Origin: Lama guanicoe
Lineage: Eukaryota
Assembly (NCBI GenBank): GCA_013239625.1
Contig: MU053304.1
Coordinates: 682,001 to 746,000 of the forward strand
Reading direction: 5' to 3'
Length of the DNA: 64,000 bases
Position 1 is the first letter of the stretch. Each line of letters starts with the position of its first letter. This document shows positions 24,130 through 37,172 of this stretch, one piece after another. Below the pieces are notes generated by a model. The model saw only the letters and a program-made list of their open reading frames with translations, was not told the origin of the DNA and did no database searches. A program made the translations under genes and the position numbers.

Positions 24130-25200
24130 GAACATTTCTTAGATACAACACTAAAAGTGTGATTCATAAAAGTAAACAAAATCAATTATTTGGACTTGAA
24201 CAAACTTAAGAATGTCTGCTCTTTCAAAGACATTTGGGAAAGAATAATGACAAGTCATCAGCTGGGAGAAACTATTTGCAAAGCACATCCCGGAGGAAGG
24301 ACTTGTATCTAGAGTCTACAAAGAACTCTCAAATATAGTCCTTAGAAGACAAATGACCCCATGAAAAAACATCAGCAAAAGACTGAATGGACATCTCGCC
24401 AAAGAATATCTACAGATGGCAAATAATCACATGAAAGATGTTTGACATCATTAGTCATGAAAGAAATGCAAATTAGAATCACAAGGAGAGAACACCGCCC
24501 ATCTATCAGAATGTCTGAATGACTGAGTCTGACCGTGGTAGGCGTTACTGAGGATGTGGGCAACTGGAACTCTTGTTCGTTGGTGATGGGAATGTAAACT
24601 GGACTTTGGAAAGTAAACTTTTCAAGTAAACTTTGGAAAATTGTTGGACAGTTTCTTACTAAGTTAAGTTAAGTTACCACACGATCCTGCCTGCCATTGT
24701 TTTACTCCTACTCTCAAGTGTTTACCAAACAGATACAAAACTCATATCCATATGTGAAGACTTGTACATGAATGATCATAGCATCTTTATTTCTAGTAGC
24801 TAAATAAACCAATGGTGATATTATATAATGGAATACTATTCAGTAATAAAAAGGACTAAATGATTGATACCTGCCACACCGGGATGAATCTCAAAATAAT
24901 AATGCTGAGTGAAAGAAGCCAGGTAAGGAAGAATACCTGCTGTGTGATTATGTTATGTATGCAAAAGTCTAGAAAATGCAAATGTGTCTTTAATATAGTA
25001 AAATCAGTTGCCTAGAGCTGGGGGAGGGGCAGAAGGGAGAAGTCACAAGAGGCTGGAGGAACTTGGGGTTGATGGGTCTGTTCACTCCGTTGCTTGTGGC
25101 AGTGGTTTCATGGGTGTTTACACATATCATAATCTTTCACATCGTACATTTTATGCACATAGTTGATTGCATGTCAGTAATACCTCAATAAAACTGTTAA
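24130..25200 (+). mobile_element. L1 3' end (older L1MB/MC-like)
   Basis: tttcttagatacaacac...ctgggagaaactatttgc...gaaatgcaaattagaatcaca...gatgaatctcaaaataataatgctgagtgaaagaagccag...tacctcaataaaactg. Confidence 0.8.
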
Positions 25201-28200
25201 GAAGAACAAGAAGTGATTATGACACAGGTTCCCTGAGGGGGTTTGTAGGGAGGCAGAGTTGAGATCCAGCCAGGAACAACTCCAGAGTGAGGGGCTGGGT
25301 CTCGAGGGTGTGGTTGGGGAGCCCTGGATTGAGAGCCAGCGCCCTGGTGCTTGTTGGGATGGACTCCAGGCCACCAGCCCTGCCCAGGTGACTCCTGCAC
25401 ATTCAGGTGTGCTGTGTTCCTGCCCCATGGGACACTGGGCACAGGACACAGGACACTGGGTGTCTGCTATGTCAGCAATGGGGACGGAAAAGGTCTCCCA
25501 GGAGCTGATGTCCCAGTAGAGGCCCAAGGAGGACTAGGGATGAGTGGGGAAGGGCAGGCAGGGGCCAAGGCACAAATGGGATGTCATCCAGGTAGACAGA
25601 GGCAGGAGCAGCCCAATCCTGTGTTTCCTGGGGGCTCACCTTTCCCTAGGAGCTGGCAGGGCCTTCCTTCCTCGCAAGTGAGAGCCCCCTGAGCCTGGAC
25701 CAGGGAGATCTGCTCAGCCCCCACATCCCCACCCACTCCCCTGCCTGGCTGCTGGTCTTGCTTCCCTACCCCCGGGCCCAGGGTGGGGTCTCAGGAAGCC
25801 AAACTCTGCCCAGAAAGCGGTAAGACAGATGCAGTGTGACACACCTGTCTGGGGACGGTGCCCCTGCGTTAGTGGAGACCCCAGCCTGCTCCAGGCACTG
25901 TGAGAGGGTATCCTTCAGCCAGGGGTAAGGGACCATACGGCCCTGTCCACGTTGAGATGGGAGACGTGCAAGGAGTTGAAAGGCACCAGTTGAGATGGAG
26001 CTGGGGCTGCAGCCCCGCCAACAGAGGCTGGGAACAGACGACACGCGACTCCATGCGCTGAAAGTGCCTGCAGGGCCTCCCCCCACCCCCACACCCCACT
26101 GCCCCGGCTTTAGACAATACTAGGAATGAAGCTGTGAGGCCCGCCTTTGGTGCTGACCTTTCCCGCCCTCTTTCAGCTCAGTCTGCTTTGGGAAGGTGAA
26201 ACCCCACACCCAGTCCTGCCTGACCAAGGAAGCTTCCAGCAGGACTGGGGGAGCTGGGCTCAGTGCCCCTTCCCACCCTATCCCCCATGGACAGTTACCC
26301 TTCTGACAGCCTTGGGCTTCTGGCAAGAGAGCAAGGCCTTTGGCCTTAAGGCTGAGTTGCTCCACTTTCAGAGAAGCCAGAGAGAGGGGGCCAAGGGAGG
26401 CCACGTCGTCACGGGCCCCTCCGCCCACTTCCGAGTGGCAGCTCTTCTCCCATTCCCCACCCCGCCCTGCCCTCCCCATCAAAATGGGGAGGGGAGACCC
26501 TGACAGAACAATTTCTCTGACTGGGAGCCGCCTCCCTGGGATTTGTACCTCGCACCATCTTGGCCCGATCGTGGACTGTGTTTCTGAGTTGGTTTGGTCT
26601 TGGTTTGAGGCCGACCGTAGACCCAGGATGCCACCTGCATTCCCGGAGTTTATGGAGCCAGAAGCCCCGGGCAGAAGCGGGGAGAGGGGTGAAGGTCTCC
26701 GCTGCTGTCCTCTACCCTCTTGTCCCTGGGTGGAGTACCCCGTGCCCTTCCTCCTCCTGGAACTGTCATCTGACTGGGGCAGGAGCTGGAAGATTGCCGG
26801 GAGCCCCACGTAGATGAGAGAGGAGGGGCTAGAAGGAAGCGGGTCAGTGAGGGGGTGGGGTGGGGGCATTTTCAGAGCCAGGGGACCCACGATTCTGGAG
26901 AGTGGGACCCAGGATCTTTCCTTAACATTAGAATGCAGGTGTGGGGGAGCCCCGATTATAGACGGTGGAGAACCAGTGAAGGAGAACAGAGAACCCAGGT
27001 CTGGATCTGATGCAGTAACAGTAGTAGCCAACCAACGGAGGCCTGCGTGAGGGCAGAGGGGCTGAGCCGGGAGCCCGGGGCTGGGAGGTCTGCCCCAGGG
27101 TGTAGAGGGGACAAGGCCATAGCTGTTCCAGATAGGAGGGCACAAAGGGCAATGAAGGCATGTCTGTGCCTGCCTGACCCATCCTAGGGAGCAGTCACTG
27201 CCTTTTACTCTCTGGAAGCAAACTTTTTTGTTAGCCACACTGTCTTGCAGGAAAAAGATGGTGGTGTATTTTATCTCTGAGCCAGACAGAGTTTCTGAGA
27301 AGATATATTTAACTGCAACTAGGATATTAGACTTTTTGGTCCAGTTTGTATGGGCTACTTCTGCTCCTGCCTTATGGTGACCTCAGAATCCTCACAGGAA
27401 CCTTGACGCTCACGACCAAGGTAGTGGAGGGAGTCTAGTCCCTGGGCGGATGGTGAACTTGGAGCTGCAGCATCACTGTCAGTCCCACCTTTACTCCTGC
27501 TGCTGATTTTCCACACCTGGCCTCATGGTCACCTTTCTTGTCCCTTCCTAGTCCTGCATGACACATGTCACAGAAGGGACCCTCACTTTTTTGAGAAAAC
27601 AGTGCAGGTGGAAAACTGCTCTCTCAGGAATGAGGGGTGAGTGGTCTGGAACTTTATTAGCAGGGTGTTTGCTGCTAAAGGATCACAAGGGACCCAGCAA
27701 AATGAGCTTTCGCTGAAAGGACCGGAGGCCAAGGGGCAGAACCACAACATCGACACACTTCCTGCAGGCTGGGGAGAGGAGCCTGCGTGTGGGAGGGAGC
27801 GCAGCTGCAAATGAAAAAATTCAGAATCCAGGTTAACGATGCTTTTCTGCAGCCTCGAAGTGCCGGTGAAGGTGGGTTTTGAAGGCAGACTGGGAGCAAT
27901 GTGGCGGGCAGGTCTGAGCGGATGGGTCACTGTTTTAATTTTAAATCTTATGGTTGCCAGTAAGTGACACACCCAACCTGAAGAATCATTAAAAAAAAAA
28001 AGAAAGAAAGAAGAAAGAAAGGTAGGGACTTATGGGTGATTTATCGGCCTAGATAAGCAGAAAAGGTCCAGGTGCTGCTGGAAACAGCTGATACCAGGAC
28101 TCTGCCCAGGGATGGAGCTCTGCCTCCTCCTCAGTGGTGCCTCATTTTTCCTCCTGCAGGCGGGGGCATGGCCACCAGCAGCCAGCCTCTCAGCCTCGCC

Positions 28201-29859
28201 ATCCAGAAGGAAAGGGGTCCCCAGGTCTGACCGGCTTGGCTCAAGTCCACCTCCCACCTTGCAAGACCTCAGGGGGGCAGGGTCAAGGCAGAGGTTTCCT
28301 TTTGGACTCTGCGGCCAGAGGTGGGAGGGAGAAGGGGGGAAGAGCCCCCCACTTGGAGGGAGGTCTGCTCAGGCATCTCATGGTAGCACCCCAATTTCTG
28401 ATCATCAAGGCATCCCAGGCACAGATGGTGTGGCAGAGCCATGTCAGGAGTTGTGTGGTCGCCCTGTACCCCAGCTTTAGCGGGGCCTCTGCCACCCCGA
28501 GGTCACAGCTCCCCCTCACCAGCTGCACCCCTGCACCTTTCTGAGCAGTTGATCCTCCCTGAGGTCATTGTGATGAAATGCCACTCCCTCCTTTCTTCCC
28601 CATTCCTCGAAGCCCTCTGAACAGCAAAGGTCCAGTTGCAGGGGCGTGATCAGGGGAGGGTCTGGCCTGGCCTGGCTTGGCCCCCTTTTCTGTGATGGGG
28701 AATCTGTCTCCTTGGGATTCCAAGGTGGTCTGGTGATAGCCAGGTCCCCATGTCTCTCACTATTTCCCTGAATCCCTCCGGGGGGGGTCCCCAAAAGCTC
28801 AGAAATCCTTCTCTTTTGCCTGATTTTTGTGTCTGCCGCTCCATGCTCTTTGTGGAGGGAGGGTCCAGGCCATTGACTCCCTGCCCAGGAGTCCGCACCC
28901 AACACTTCCCCAGCCTCTGGGCCCCTCTGCCCAAGGCAACTGGGGCCTTGTCTGTGGAGCTTTGGGCTCAGAAACTGGGTCTCCCTGAAGATGGCTCAGC
29001 AGGAAGCTCCCAACACCTGGCTCCAGCCCCTCGAATCCTGGGGCCTGGGATCCGGGAGGCCTCAAGCCCTTCAGTCATGCCGCTTCCCAGGTGCGGCCCT
29101 TGGGGGCTGGCTTTGACCTGGGGATGGCGCTAGTGTCCCTCCTTCTCATGCCCTGGCCACTTTTGCTCCCACTCTTCTTACCTTTGGCTCAGGCACTTTC
29201 TCCAGGCTCTGTGCCTGCCTTCTGCCAGTGAAACCAGGTCCCCAGTATGCCCAGACCCTAGCCCTCTGGACCTTTAAGTCCCAGGGACCCCCTGCCTGGC
29301 TTCTGCCTCAAAGATGCTGTTGCCTGACTTCAAGCCTGGCCTGGCTGCCACCTGAGGTCCTGCTGGTGTGAGGTGGGCATCCCATACTAACTTCCCTTTC
29401 AGTCCTGCCAGTGCCCCGATCTGGGTGTTCAAGAACCAGAACCTAAAGTCCTGGGAGGATGATCTACCATGGTGACTGGCAGAAGGAGCAGCACCATGCC
29501 CTTAAGCTTGCGTGGCAGGTGTGTTTCTAGGCAGCACAGAGGCAGTGAAAGTGTAAGCAGCAACCAAGAAGGATGGTGCTCAAAGACACCCAGAGTCACT
29601 GCATGTAACCTGCAGTTACCACATGACCTGGGAGAAAGGCTCCAGGCCAGCTCTTGCAGGGTCAAGGCCCGGAGGTGACATGATGCAGCCACCACCTGTC
29701 TCCCGCACATGCCGCCCTGTGTGCTGGCCATTCTAGAGGGCACACACCGCCCTGCCCCTTCCAGCTTGCCTGCAGGCCTGGTCCACCCAACCTTCTGCCT
29801 CAGGCTGTACCTCCTCGCCTATGACTTCACAACCAACTCTGCTTCTTGGGGGCTGGGGG

Positions 29860-30110
29860 AGCCCTGGTTTGTAGTGTTTGTCAGTTTCTGTGGTGTAAAT
29901 ATCCCCTCCATGGACAATTTCAAGCTACCAAAATGATGTCACTGAACAGACTTGGGGAGCGATGCATAGTAGCGTTACATCCTATCCACACCCCCTTCCC
30001 CAGATACAAGAGACGTAAGTAACCTCTAGGATGAAGAGTAAAATTAGGAAGGGAAGAGTTTTGCATATTTATTCCCATTGTTTTTAACACAACTTAATTA
30101 TTATTTTTGT
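29860..30110. mobile_element. MER63-like hAT DNA transposon fragment
   Basis: ggtgtaaatatcccctccatggacaatttcaagctaccaaaatgatgtcactgaac matches my recollection of the MER63 consensus (reverse). Confidence 0.55.
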
Positions 30111-31621
30111 AAATAAAGCTTTATTGGAATCGGGGCTGGGATTAGGGTTCTGCAAGCAAAGTAGGGTCATAGAAGCAGAGGGTCAGATGCTGTTTTTATT
30201 AAAATGTTTGATACTTTGTCATGGATTTTTTGCATTAATCTTATTTATTTGTGCTTTTTTTTTTTTTAAGCTTTTCTGATTTGGGCCAAATCCTTCCTAA
30301 TCTACTGAGTTATCCCTGGTATCTGACTGGATCTCAAACTTTTACCTGCCTCTTATATTCTCACCAAGAGTCATAATTTAAATTGTTGTCATTTACATCT
30401 TGTGAATGAAGCAAGTAAGATCAAGTCCTACTCAGGAGAAATTAGGGGGCCAGGTAACCAGAGACCTGAGGTCAGCTTCTAGGGGCAGAAGGACTCTTTC
30501 TGAAGGCCTCCCATTTCTCAAAAGTTCCATAGACTTCTCTCCATGGCTTCCCTGGGTGGGTTTCATGGGCAAATCCTAGGAGCTGTACAATTAAATCTCC
30601 ACGATTAGATGGCCTGTGATTAGCTGCACGATTAGATGACCTGTGAAAACATTTTGGTTTGTGTATTTGGGTTTTCCTTGCTTAGACCATGTTCACAACC
30701 AGCTCCCATTAGGCCAGCAGATAGCTGGAATGTTAACAAATTAGTTGTTGGTATTTTACAGAGACACTTTTGTGCCATCAGTCTTGGGATGTGGAAGTGT
30801 GTTGTCTACAAGAGGGCTCTCCTAGGGTGCAGTACAGAGGCCAAGGCCTTATTTACTCTTCCCGGAGAGCCATCCAGACCACACCTGGTGACCTCAGTGT
30901 AGTTTGCCCCAGTTGGATACTTCCCGCATCACTAAAAGATGGTCTTTTCTTTTCCCCAAACGGCCATTTACAAAACAGACTTTAGCTCATCCATAGGCTT
31001 GACAGAGAAACAGAAGCCATCGTTGCATCAGGGAGAGAATGGATGGTAACGGGTGAATCTCTCACTCCCTCTGGATTCTGGAGACGGGGCTGCTCCCACG
31101 CCAAGGCAGGGTAAGGCTGTGCCCATCAGCGGCATCTGAGGAATCTGGAGGGAGTGGATTTGCTCAGGAGAATTAGAGAGATTTTTCCATGATGCTCCTC
31201 TGCTGTTCATCTACACTCTGCCTTTTCACGGTTTCACCATGGAGCGCTTCCATTTCAGGGACTCAGTCTTTGTGTCTCCTGTTTGTCCGTGTCAATAATA
31301 CTGAGAAAAGTATTTGTGTTTTCTGGCCCACAGAGTCCTAACACGCCCAGACTTGCACCACTGCCAAGAACTCGCAAGTTTACCCAGGGTCCCAGCCCAT
31401 GAAGTGTTTACGGTCATCATTGCAGGGGTAACCTGGCCTCTTGCCTGCCCCAACGTTCTCCTGTTTACCTTCTCTGCCTGCTCTCCTGAGGAGTCAGAAG
31501 GCCACTGAAAAACACAATGCTTATCCTTAATTTATGTCAGTGGGACCACTGAGATGTCTCCACTAACGGGCATGGCCAAGGCAAATGGACTTCCTGGGAG
31601 ATAGCATGTGATTTTATTTAT

Positions 31622-31623
<2 letters not shown>

Positions 31624-31656
<33 letters not shown>

Positions 31657-31681
31657 GCACACAGGCACACAGGCACACACA
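31624..31681. repeat. (CA)n microsatellite with caggcaca variant units
   Basis: Seen directly. Confidence 0.9.
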
Positions 31682-31704
31682 AGTACCATCTAAATACTGA
31701 TAAT

Positions 31705-31710
31705 TTTATT
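31705..31710 (-). terminator. ARMC9: Probable ARMC9 polyadenylation signal AATAAA
   Basis: About 750 nt after the stop, with a GU-rich stretch about 25 nt downstream on the minus strand. Confidence 0.55.
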
Positions 31711-32463
31711 TCAATATTTCTGTTTAGGACAGGTCAGACCCTGCTACTAGCTTGGGTAACATTGCTGGCTCTGCACGTGAAATTTCTTCCCCTTTCCTAA
31801 GTGGGCCCTGATGTCACCCCTAGCAAAGAGCGAGCATAGGCCTCCTCCCACAGAGACCAGTCACAGTGCCAGTGATGCTGTTTGCATCTATGGTCTCAAT
31901 GGAAGGAGGGAAATGGCATTAAACTGGTCAGCCCTCTGAGCCCTTAAAACACATGTACAGAAGCACGGGGCTGCTTTGGAACTGCTGTATTCCCAGCCAT
32001 AGTGGGTAAGGTACCAAATTTTCATCAGAGTTTAAAAGAGGAAGGAAGTACCAAGTCTGCTGCTCAGGCAGAGGCTTGAGCATGAGTTTCCCTTATTCTA
32101 AGTCCCTTCTGTTTCCTCGTAGTTGGTCTCAGTGAGGAGGACCGGGTTTCCACTGAGGCCGATGTCCTGTCTCTGGCTGAGCTGTCCGGACTTGGCTTCT
32201 CCATGCAAGCTCTGGAGGTGGATGAGCTGGTGGGTTTGGCTCTGCTGCTCCCTCAGCTGGGTGCCGGGGGAGGGTAGGCAGGAAGGGCAGTGTCAGGAGC
32301 CCGGCTTGCGGGCTGTGGTGGGCCTGCCCCTGGACGCTGGAGAGCTGGCCTCCTCAGGCCACTCAGCGGCTCAGAGATAACTGTCTCTTCCCATCTGTCA
32401 CCTGCAGCGGCTGGCTGAGAACAGGAAGCTGGCTGGGTCATTGGGCAAGGGGACGGTGACACC

Positions 32464-32486
32464 TCACTTCCTGGAAGCGTGGCCGC
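32464..32486 (-). CDS. ARMC9: ARMC9 last coding exon: (S)GHASRK*
   Basis: Acceptor ttttcttctccAG at 32488-32487; phase fits the upstream exon (A+GC=Ser); C-terminus resembles human ...SQSHRK*. Confidence 0.8.
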
Positions 32487-33755
32487 CTGGAGAAGAAAAG
32501 CCAAGCAAGCTGCCAGCACCAGGGCTGACTCGGCACAGAGCCCCCTCTGTCAGCCCTCCCTTCAACCAGCTGTGGGCAGACAGAAGGCAGAGAACCTTCC
32601 CTGCCCGGGTCGCCTCCTCTGTGATCAGGGCCTGACTCTGTGGCCACACTTTCCTCCCAGGAAGCAGGCTGCTCCATGTGGGGACTCAGTGAGCTTCGCT
32701 AGCAGCAGCTCGTGTGTTTGGGACCTGCGTCTGCTGCTCCCCACCCCGGGGGCCGTGTGGTGCTCTTGGCCCCTCAGCTCCTGGGTGCTGCTACTGTGAC
32801 CATTCCTAGCTGGGGCTCCCGGGCCTGGCCTGGTGCAGCCTGGAAGTCAGGCAGGGATAGCGAGGCCTGTCTGCCCCTCTCCAGGCCCAGCTTGGCCTGC
32901 ATTTGCTGGCGTTTCCTGTGGCCCTGTGTTTGGAAGCAGCCTGACCTGCACTGCGGGTGGGGAGATGGGGTTAGGGCTTCGCTGTGTGTTTCCCAGCAGA
33001 GAGGTGCTGAGAGAAGGACCCCGCCCCTTCCCCCGGTTCTGTGCACGCCCCGTGCTGTGCAGACTTGGCCCATTATCCACGCTTCCAGCTCAAAGGGTCC
33101 CCATTTGGCCACAGCGCCCAGGGCCCTGTCAGGAAGAGGGGGTGGGGAACAGTCACAGGAGTGCGTATATCCTGAGTGTGACTGATTTTGTCCCGCCTGA
33201 CATTCTTTTGTTTGGCTTCTCTTTTGTTTTCCGTTCTTTTTAGTAAAGCCCTTTAGAAAAGTCCAGGCTCAGTTGGGGAGTGGGGTGGGGGTGGGGTTGG
33301 TCAGCTGGCCAGCTGGGAGGGGAGACAGAGAAACGGTCTTTACCATGAGCAAAAGGGCAGGAGGGTGGCCTCAGGGACAGAGTGGGGTCCAAGTCCCTCT
33401 GGCGGCCCCTCTGCCTGGCCCACGAGGAAGCACCTGCTTCTGCTTGATCACGAGGCTGCCCTGAGCAGTTGCTGGCTGCCTCCCACCAGAAGGCAGGTCC
33501 AGGTTTCAGGTCTGACCACGCAAGCCCCACGCACGGGCACCTCGTCACTGAGTGGCACATACTGCCTGGAGGGTCTCACTCTGCCAGCTTGTGCCTGAGC
33601 TGCTGAGGCCAAGGGCAACTTCTTAAACAGAAATTTATGGTCCTGGTCCTATGGGGAGGGGAAGCGGGCCTCTCCCCTTGGTCTGATGGGCACAGGAGGA
33701 GCACGAGTCGGGTGAGGAAGCCCAGTTCATCCCCCCTCCCCCCAGGCTGACTTAC

Positions 33756-33928
33756 TCTGCAGGCTCCTCGTGGAGGACATCGTGGAGCCGGGGCGGCCAG
33801 CCTGCTGGGGGCCACACAAGGAGAACTGGGGGGACACAGCCGATGCCTTGGCCTTGGGTGAGTTCAGATCCAGCATCTCCGGGGTGCGGGGGGCCCGGGG
33901 CTTGCAGGTGAAGCCTGATGTAAACTCC
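33756..33928 (-). CDS. ARMC9: ARMC9 penultimate coding exon (173 nt)
   Basis: gttctgttccAG|G GAG TTT...CAG A|GTAAGT; EFTSGFTCKPRAPRTPEMLDLNSPKAKASAVSPQFSLCGPQQAGRPGSTMSSTRSLQ, similar to the human ARMC9 C-terminal tail. Confidence 0.9.
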
Positions 33929-34174
33929 CTGGAACAGAACGTGCAATGCAGACCCACAGGAGGAAGGAAGGATTTCCCCTTCGGAGCACCAATAGATGCC
34001 AGGCAGGCACTGCTCTGGGCAGGGGGAGGTAGAATAGGGCACCCAGAGGCATAAACCCTGCCCCATGGAGCTCACATTCTAGGGAAGGAGAGAGATGACG
34101 AAAGAAAGAAATGCTAAGAAGGAGATCAAGCAAGGAACATGGGAGACAAAGTATTAGATCGAATGGCCAGGAGG

Positions 34175-34632
34175 TGTGGCTGGCAGAGTAATGGCCCCCA
34201 TTAGTGTCCACATCCTACTCCCTGGAACCGTACATGACAAATGGGAATTAAGGCTGCAGATGTGAGATTATCCTAGATTATGGGGGTGAGCCCAAGGTAA
34301 TTACAAGTTTCCTTAAAACTGGGAGAGAGAGGTAGAAGAAGAGAGTCAGGGAAATGGGTATGGCCATGAAGAAAAGCCCAGAGATGCAACGCTGCTGGCT
34401 TTGAGGGTGGAGAAGGGGCCACAAGCCAAGGAGGGCAGGACGCCTCTAGAAGCCAGAAAAGACAGAGAAGAGATTTGCCCTTAGACCTCCGGAAAGTAAC
34501 ATGTCCTGTGGGCACCTTGTTTCCGGCCCAGTGAGTCCTGTGTAGGACTTCTAAGATAATAAGATAATGAATGTGCATTTGTTCAGTCACCAAATTTGTG
34601 GTAATTGACCACAGTAGCAATTGAAGACTGAT
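34175..34632 (+). mobile_element. MLT1-type MaLR solo LTR
   Basis: tgtggctggcagagtaatggcccc...gattatcctagattat...gctgctggctttgagggtggagaaggggccacaagccaag...aatttgtggtaattg. Confidence 0.8.
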
Positions 34633-36882
34633 TTAGAAGGGGCAGCCAGGGAAGGCCTCGCTAAGAAGGTGACATTTAGCCGCCACACAACCCTGTGTGG
34701 CAGGCATTACTACCCCATTTTACAGTTGTCCAAACTGAGGCTCCAAATTAGTAAACTTTCCCAAGGTCACACATGTTACAAGCAGATAGTAAGGCCAAGA
34801 CCTGAACTCAGTGGGATCTTACAGCCAGCCATTCTCCAGATGCCTGCCGGACCCCAGCCCAATGGAGACTGGAGGCCACGTCTGGGAGCCAGCTCCCTTC
34901 TCTCTTTTGGTGCCTGCAGCCACCGCAGCTGCGGCTGGGGATGTGAGTCCCCCGCCCAGCCCTTGGCTCTCTGGCTGTCACTGAGCTATAGACAAGCTCA
35001 ACTCTCATGCCCACCTTGACTTCTGGACCTCTGCTAGCTACATGCTGGTTTTTCTGACAACAACTCTGAAGACTGGAGCCCCAGGCTGTCACCCAGGATT
35101 GTTGTCACCATTGAATGAGCTGATGTAAGCACCAGCTCAGCTCCCGGCAGGGAGCAGATGCTCCTGGTCCCACTTCCCTTCAATAACTGGGCGTTTCCAT
35201 TTGCAGGCTGCACACAGTGGGTGCACAGAGGATACTGTGAACCTGGTGAGTGAGGGTGTGCCCCCTCCGCACATCAGGACAGGGAGATGCTGACTGTCTG
35301 CAGGGCTCCCCAGTGGGCAGTGGGGAGTGTATGTGTGTGTGTGTGTGTGTGCGCGCATGTGCTGGTGGATGAAGCCAGGGACTGTAGGATCTGGTGGCAG
35401 GGGAGGAGGCTGCAGGGGCCCCCGAGGGCGGGCTCATGGAAGGACCCAGACTCTTAGTCCTGTTCTGTTGCTCTCTAGCTGGTGACTGAGAGTGAGCAAG
35501 TCTGCTGACATTTTGGAAGCCTCATTTTCCCCAAGTGTAAAATATTTCCTATAGAACAGCTCTGAAGCTTCAGTGAGGCAGTGCCCCAGGCCCAGTCGCG
35601 GTAAGCGCTTAGTAACTGCGGGTTCGGGTTCTGAGGAGTGTGACTTGGGAGGAGACTGCGTAATTTTTTGACTCATTTCTATATGCCTCCCTTTTTCACA
35701 CTGAGAATCTATTACTTCAACAATTAGAAAAGTAAAATTTAGATATCTGAAAAGTCTCCAATTTCAAATTTAGAGAAAGATTGGCATAAAACCTGTCCAT
35801 CTTCTAGACAGGAAACCTTTCATACCAGCTTGAAAAAGATGAGGGGGTGGGATTAAGTCCAATGACTTTTTTTTAAACTTTAAGATAATTTTTTTCTTTA
35901 AAAAGCAAACTTATCTTTATGTCACTCACAGTATCACCCCTCCAGATAGTGTCCATGTTACACCTTTTATCAGTTCACTGGTCAAATTGCCCTCCTTGTC
36001 TGTGAACTTCCTAAAAACAGGAATTTGGTGTGGTTGATCTTTGATCCCCAGAGCCCAGCACAGGTCTCAGCACACGTGTGCATTATGAGTGAGTGAAAGA
36101 GAAGCAAAATGTTAGGGCAACGGCATCACAAATTACAGCGTATCGATGAGATGAGAGTACATGATCAGTATAAACTGTAAGGATGGGGGCTCCTCAGACA
36201 TATGAGAGAAAACGGAACAAGGCCAAAAACAGAGCAGTACAGAAGGGCGCGTAAGTATGACTGCAACGATGTGAAAACAGGCACGTACCACTGATGCTTT
36301 TCTTACATATGCATAGATCAGTCCTTTATGTGGGCTAGAGAGGTGGTTTTCCTTTAATATTATTTGGTTCAAATGATTTTTTTTTCTATTTTGCTATTCT
36401 ATTTCCAACATTTTTTATCATTGTTATAGCAGTTAGCTATTTAAAAATTCTGGTAAAATAGACATAAGTAAAAATGACGATCTTGACCATTTTTAAATGT
36501 GGCCCCAACTACATTTTAAGAAGGAACAATTGAGAGAAATTAGTAAAAGCTACTCAGGTGAATACTGGCCGCTGTTCCTGGCAGTGGTAACGACAGAGGG
36601 GTAGCCTTGGGTTACCTGGGGATGGCCCATCACACGGTCATGGGACAGGGTGGCCAGATGTGGGGGAGCTAGTTGTACAGGCCCGGGATGGCCGGCCTGC
36701 TTCATTTCATGGGGCCTTAAAGCCAGTGGGCCACAAGGTCAAGTTGCAGGGTGAGGGGCAGCTGAGGGGAGTTGGCAAGTGAAGGGAGAGAAAGGGAATC
36801 TACAAGCTCCCAACCCAGGGCAACCAGAAAAGGGCTCCATCCTTTTGGAGAGCAATTTGGCCATGCGTATGAAAACCCGTAT

Positions 36883-37172
36883 GTGTAGGTTAATTTTATG
36901 TGTCAATGCTGCTGGGCCATGGCGCCTCGGTATTTGATCAAATATTGTTTTGGATATTTCTGTGCAGGTGTATTTTGGGTGAGGTTAAGATTAAATAGGT
37001 GGACTTTGAGTAAAGCAGGTTATCCTTCAGAATGTGGGTGGGCCTCATCCAATCACTTCTGGATTTTGGACTTGCCAAGCCTCTATAACCAGGTGAGCCA
37101 ATTCCTTAAAATAAATCTAATTATACACACTTCCTGTTGGTTCAGTTCCTCTGGAGAACCCTGACTAATACA
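36883..37172 (+). mobile_element. MLT2 (ERVL) LTR, internally deleted
   Basis: tgtaggttaattttatgtgtcaa...ggactttgagtaaagcag...gggtgggcctcatccaatca...ctctggagaaccctgactaataca. Confidence 0.8.

Noticed and set aside
26120..27238. 372-aa minus-strand ORF
   Set aside because: Pro/Gly/Ser/Leu-rich, no recognisable domain, overlapping ORFs in other frames; consistent with GC-rich chance ORFs.
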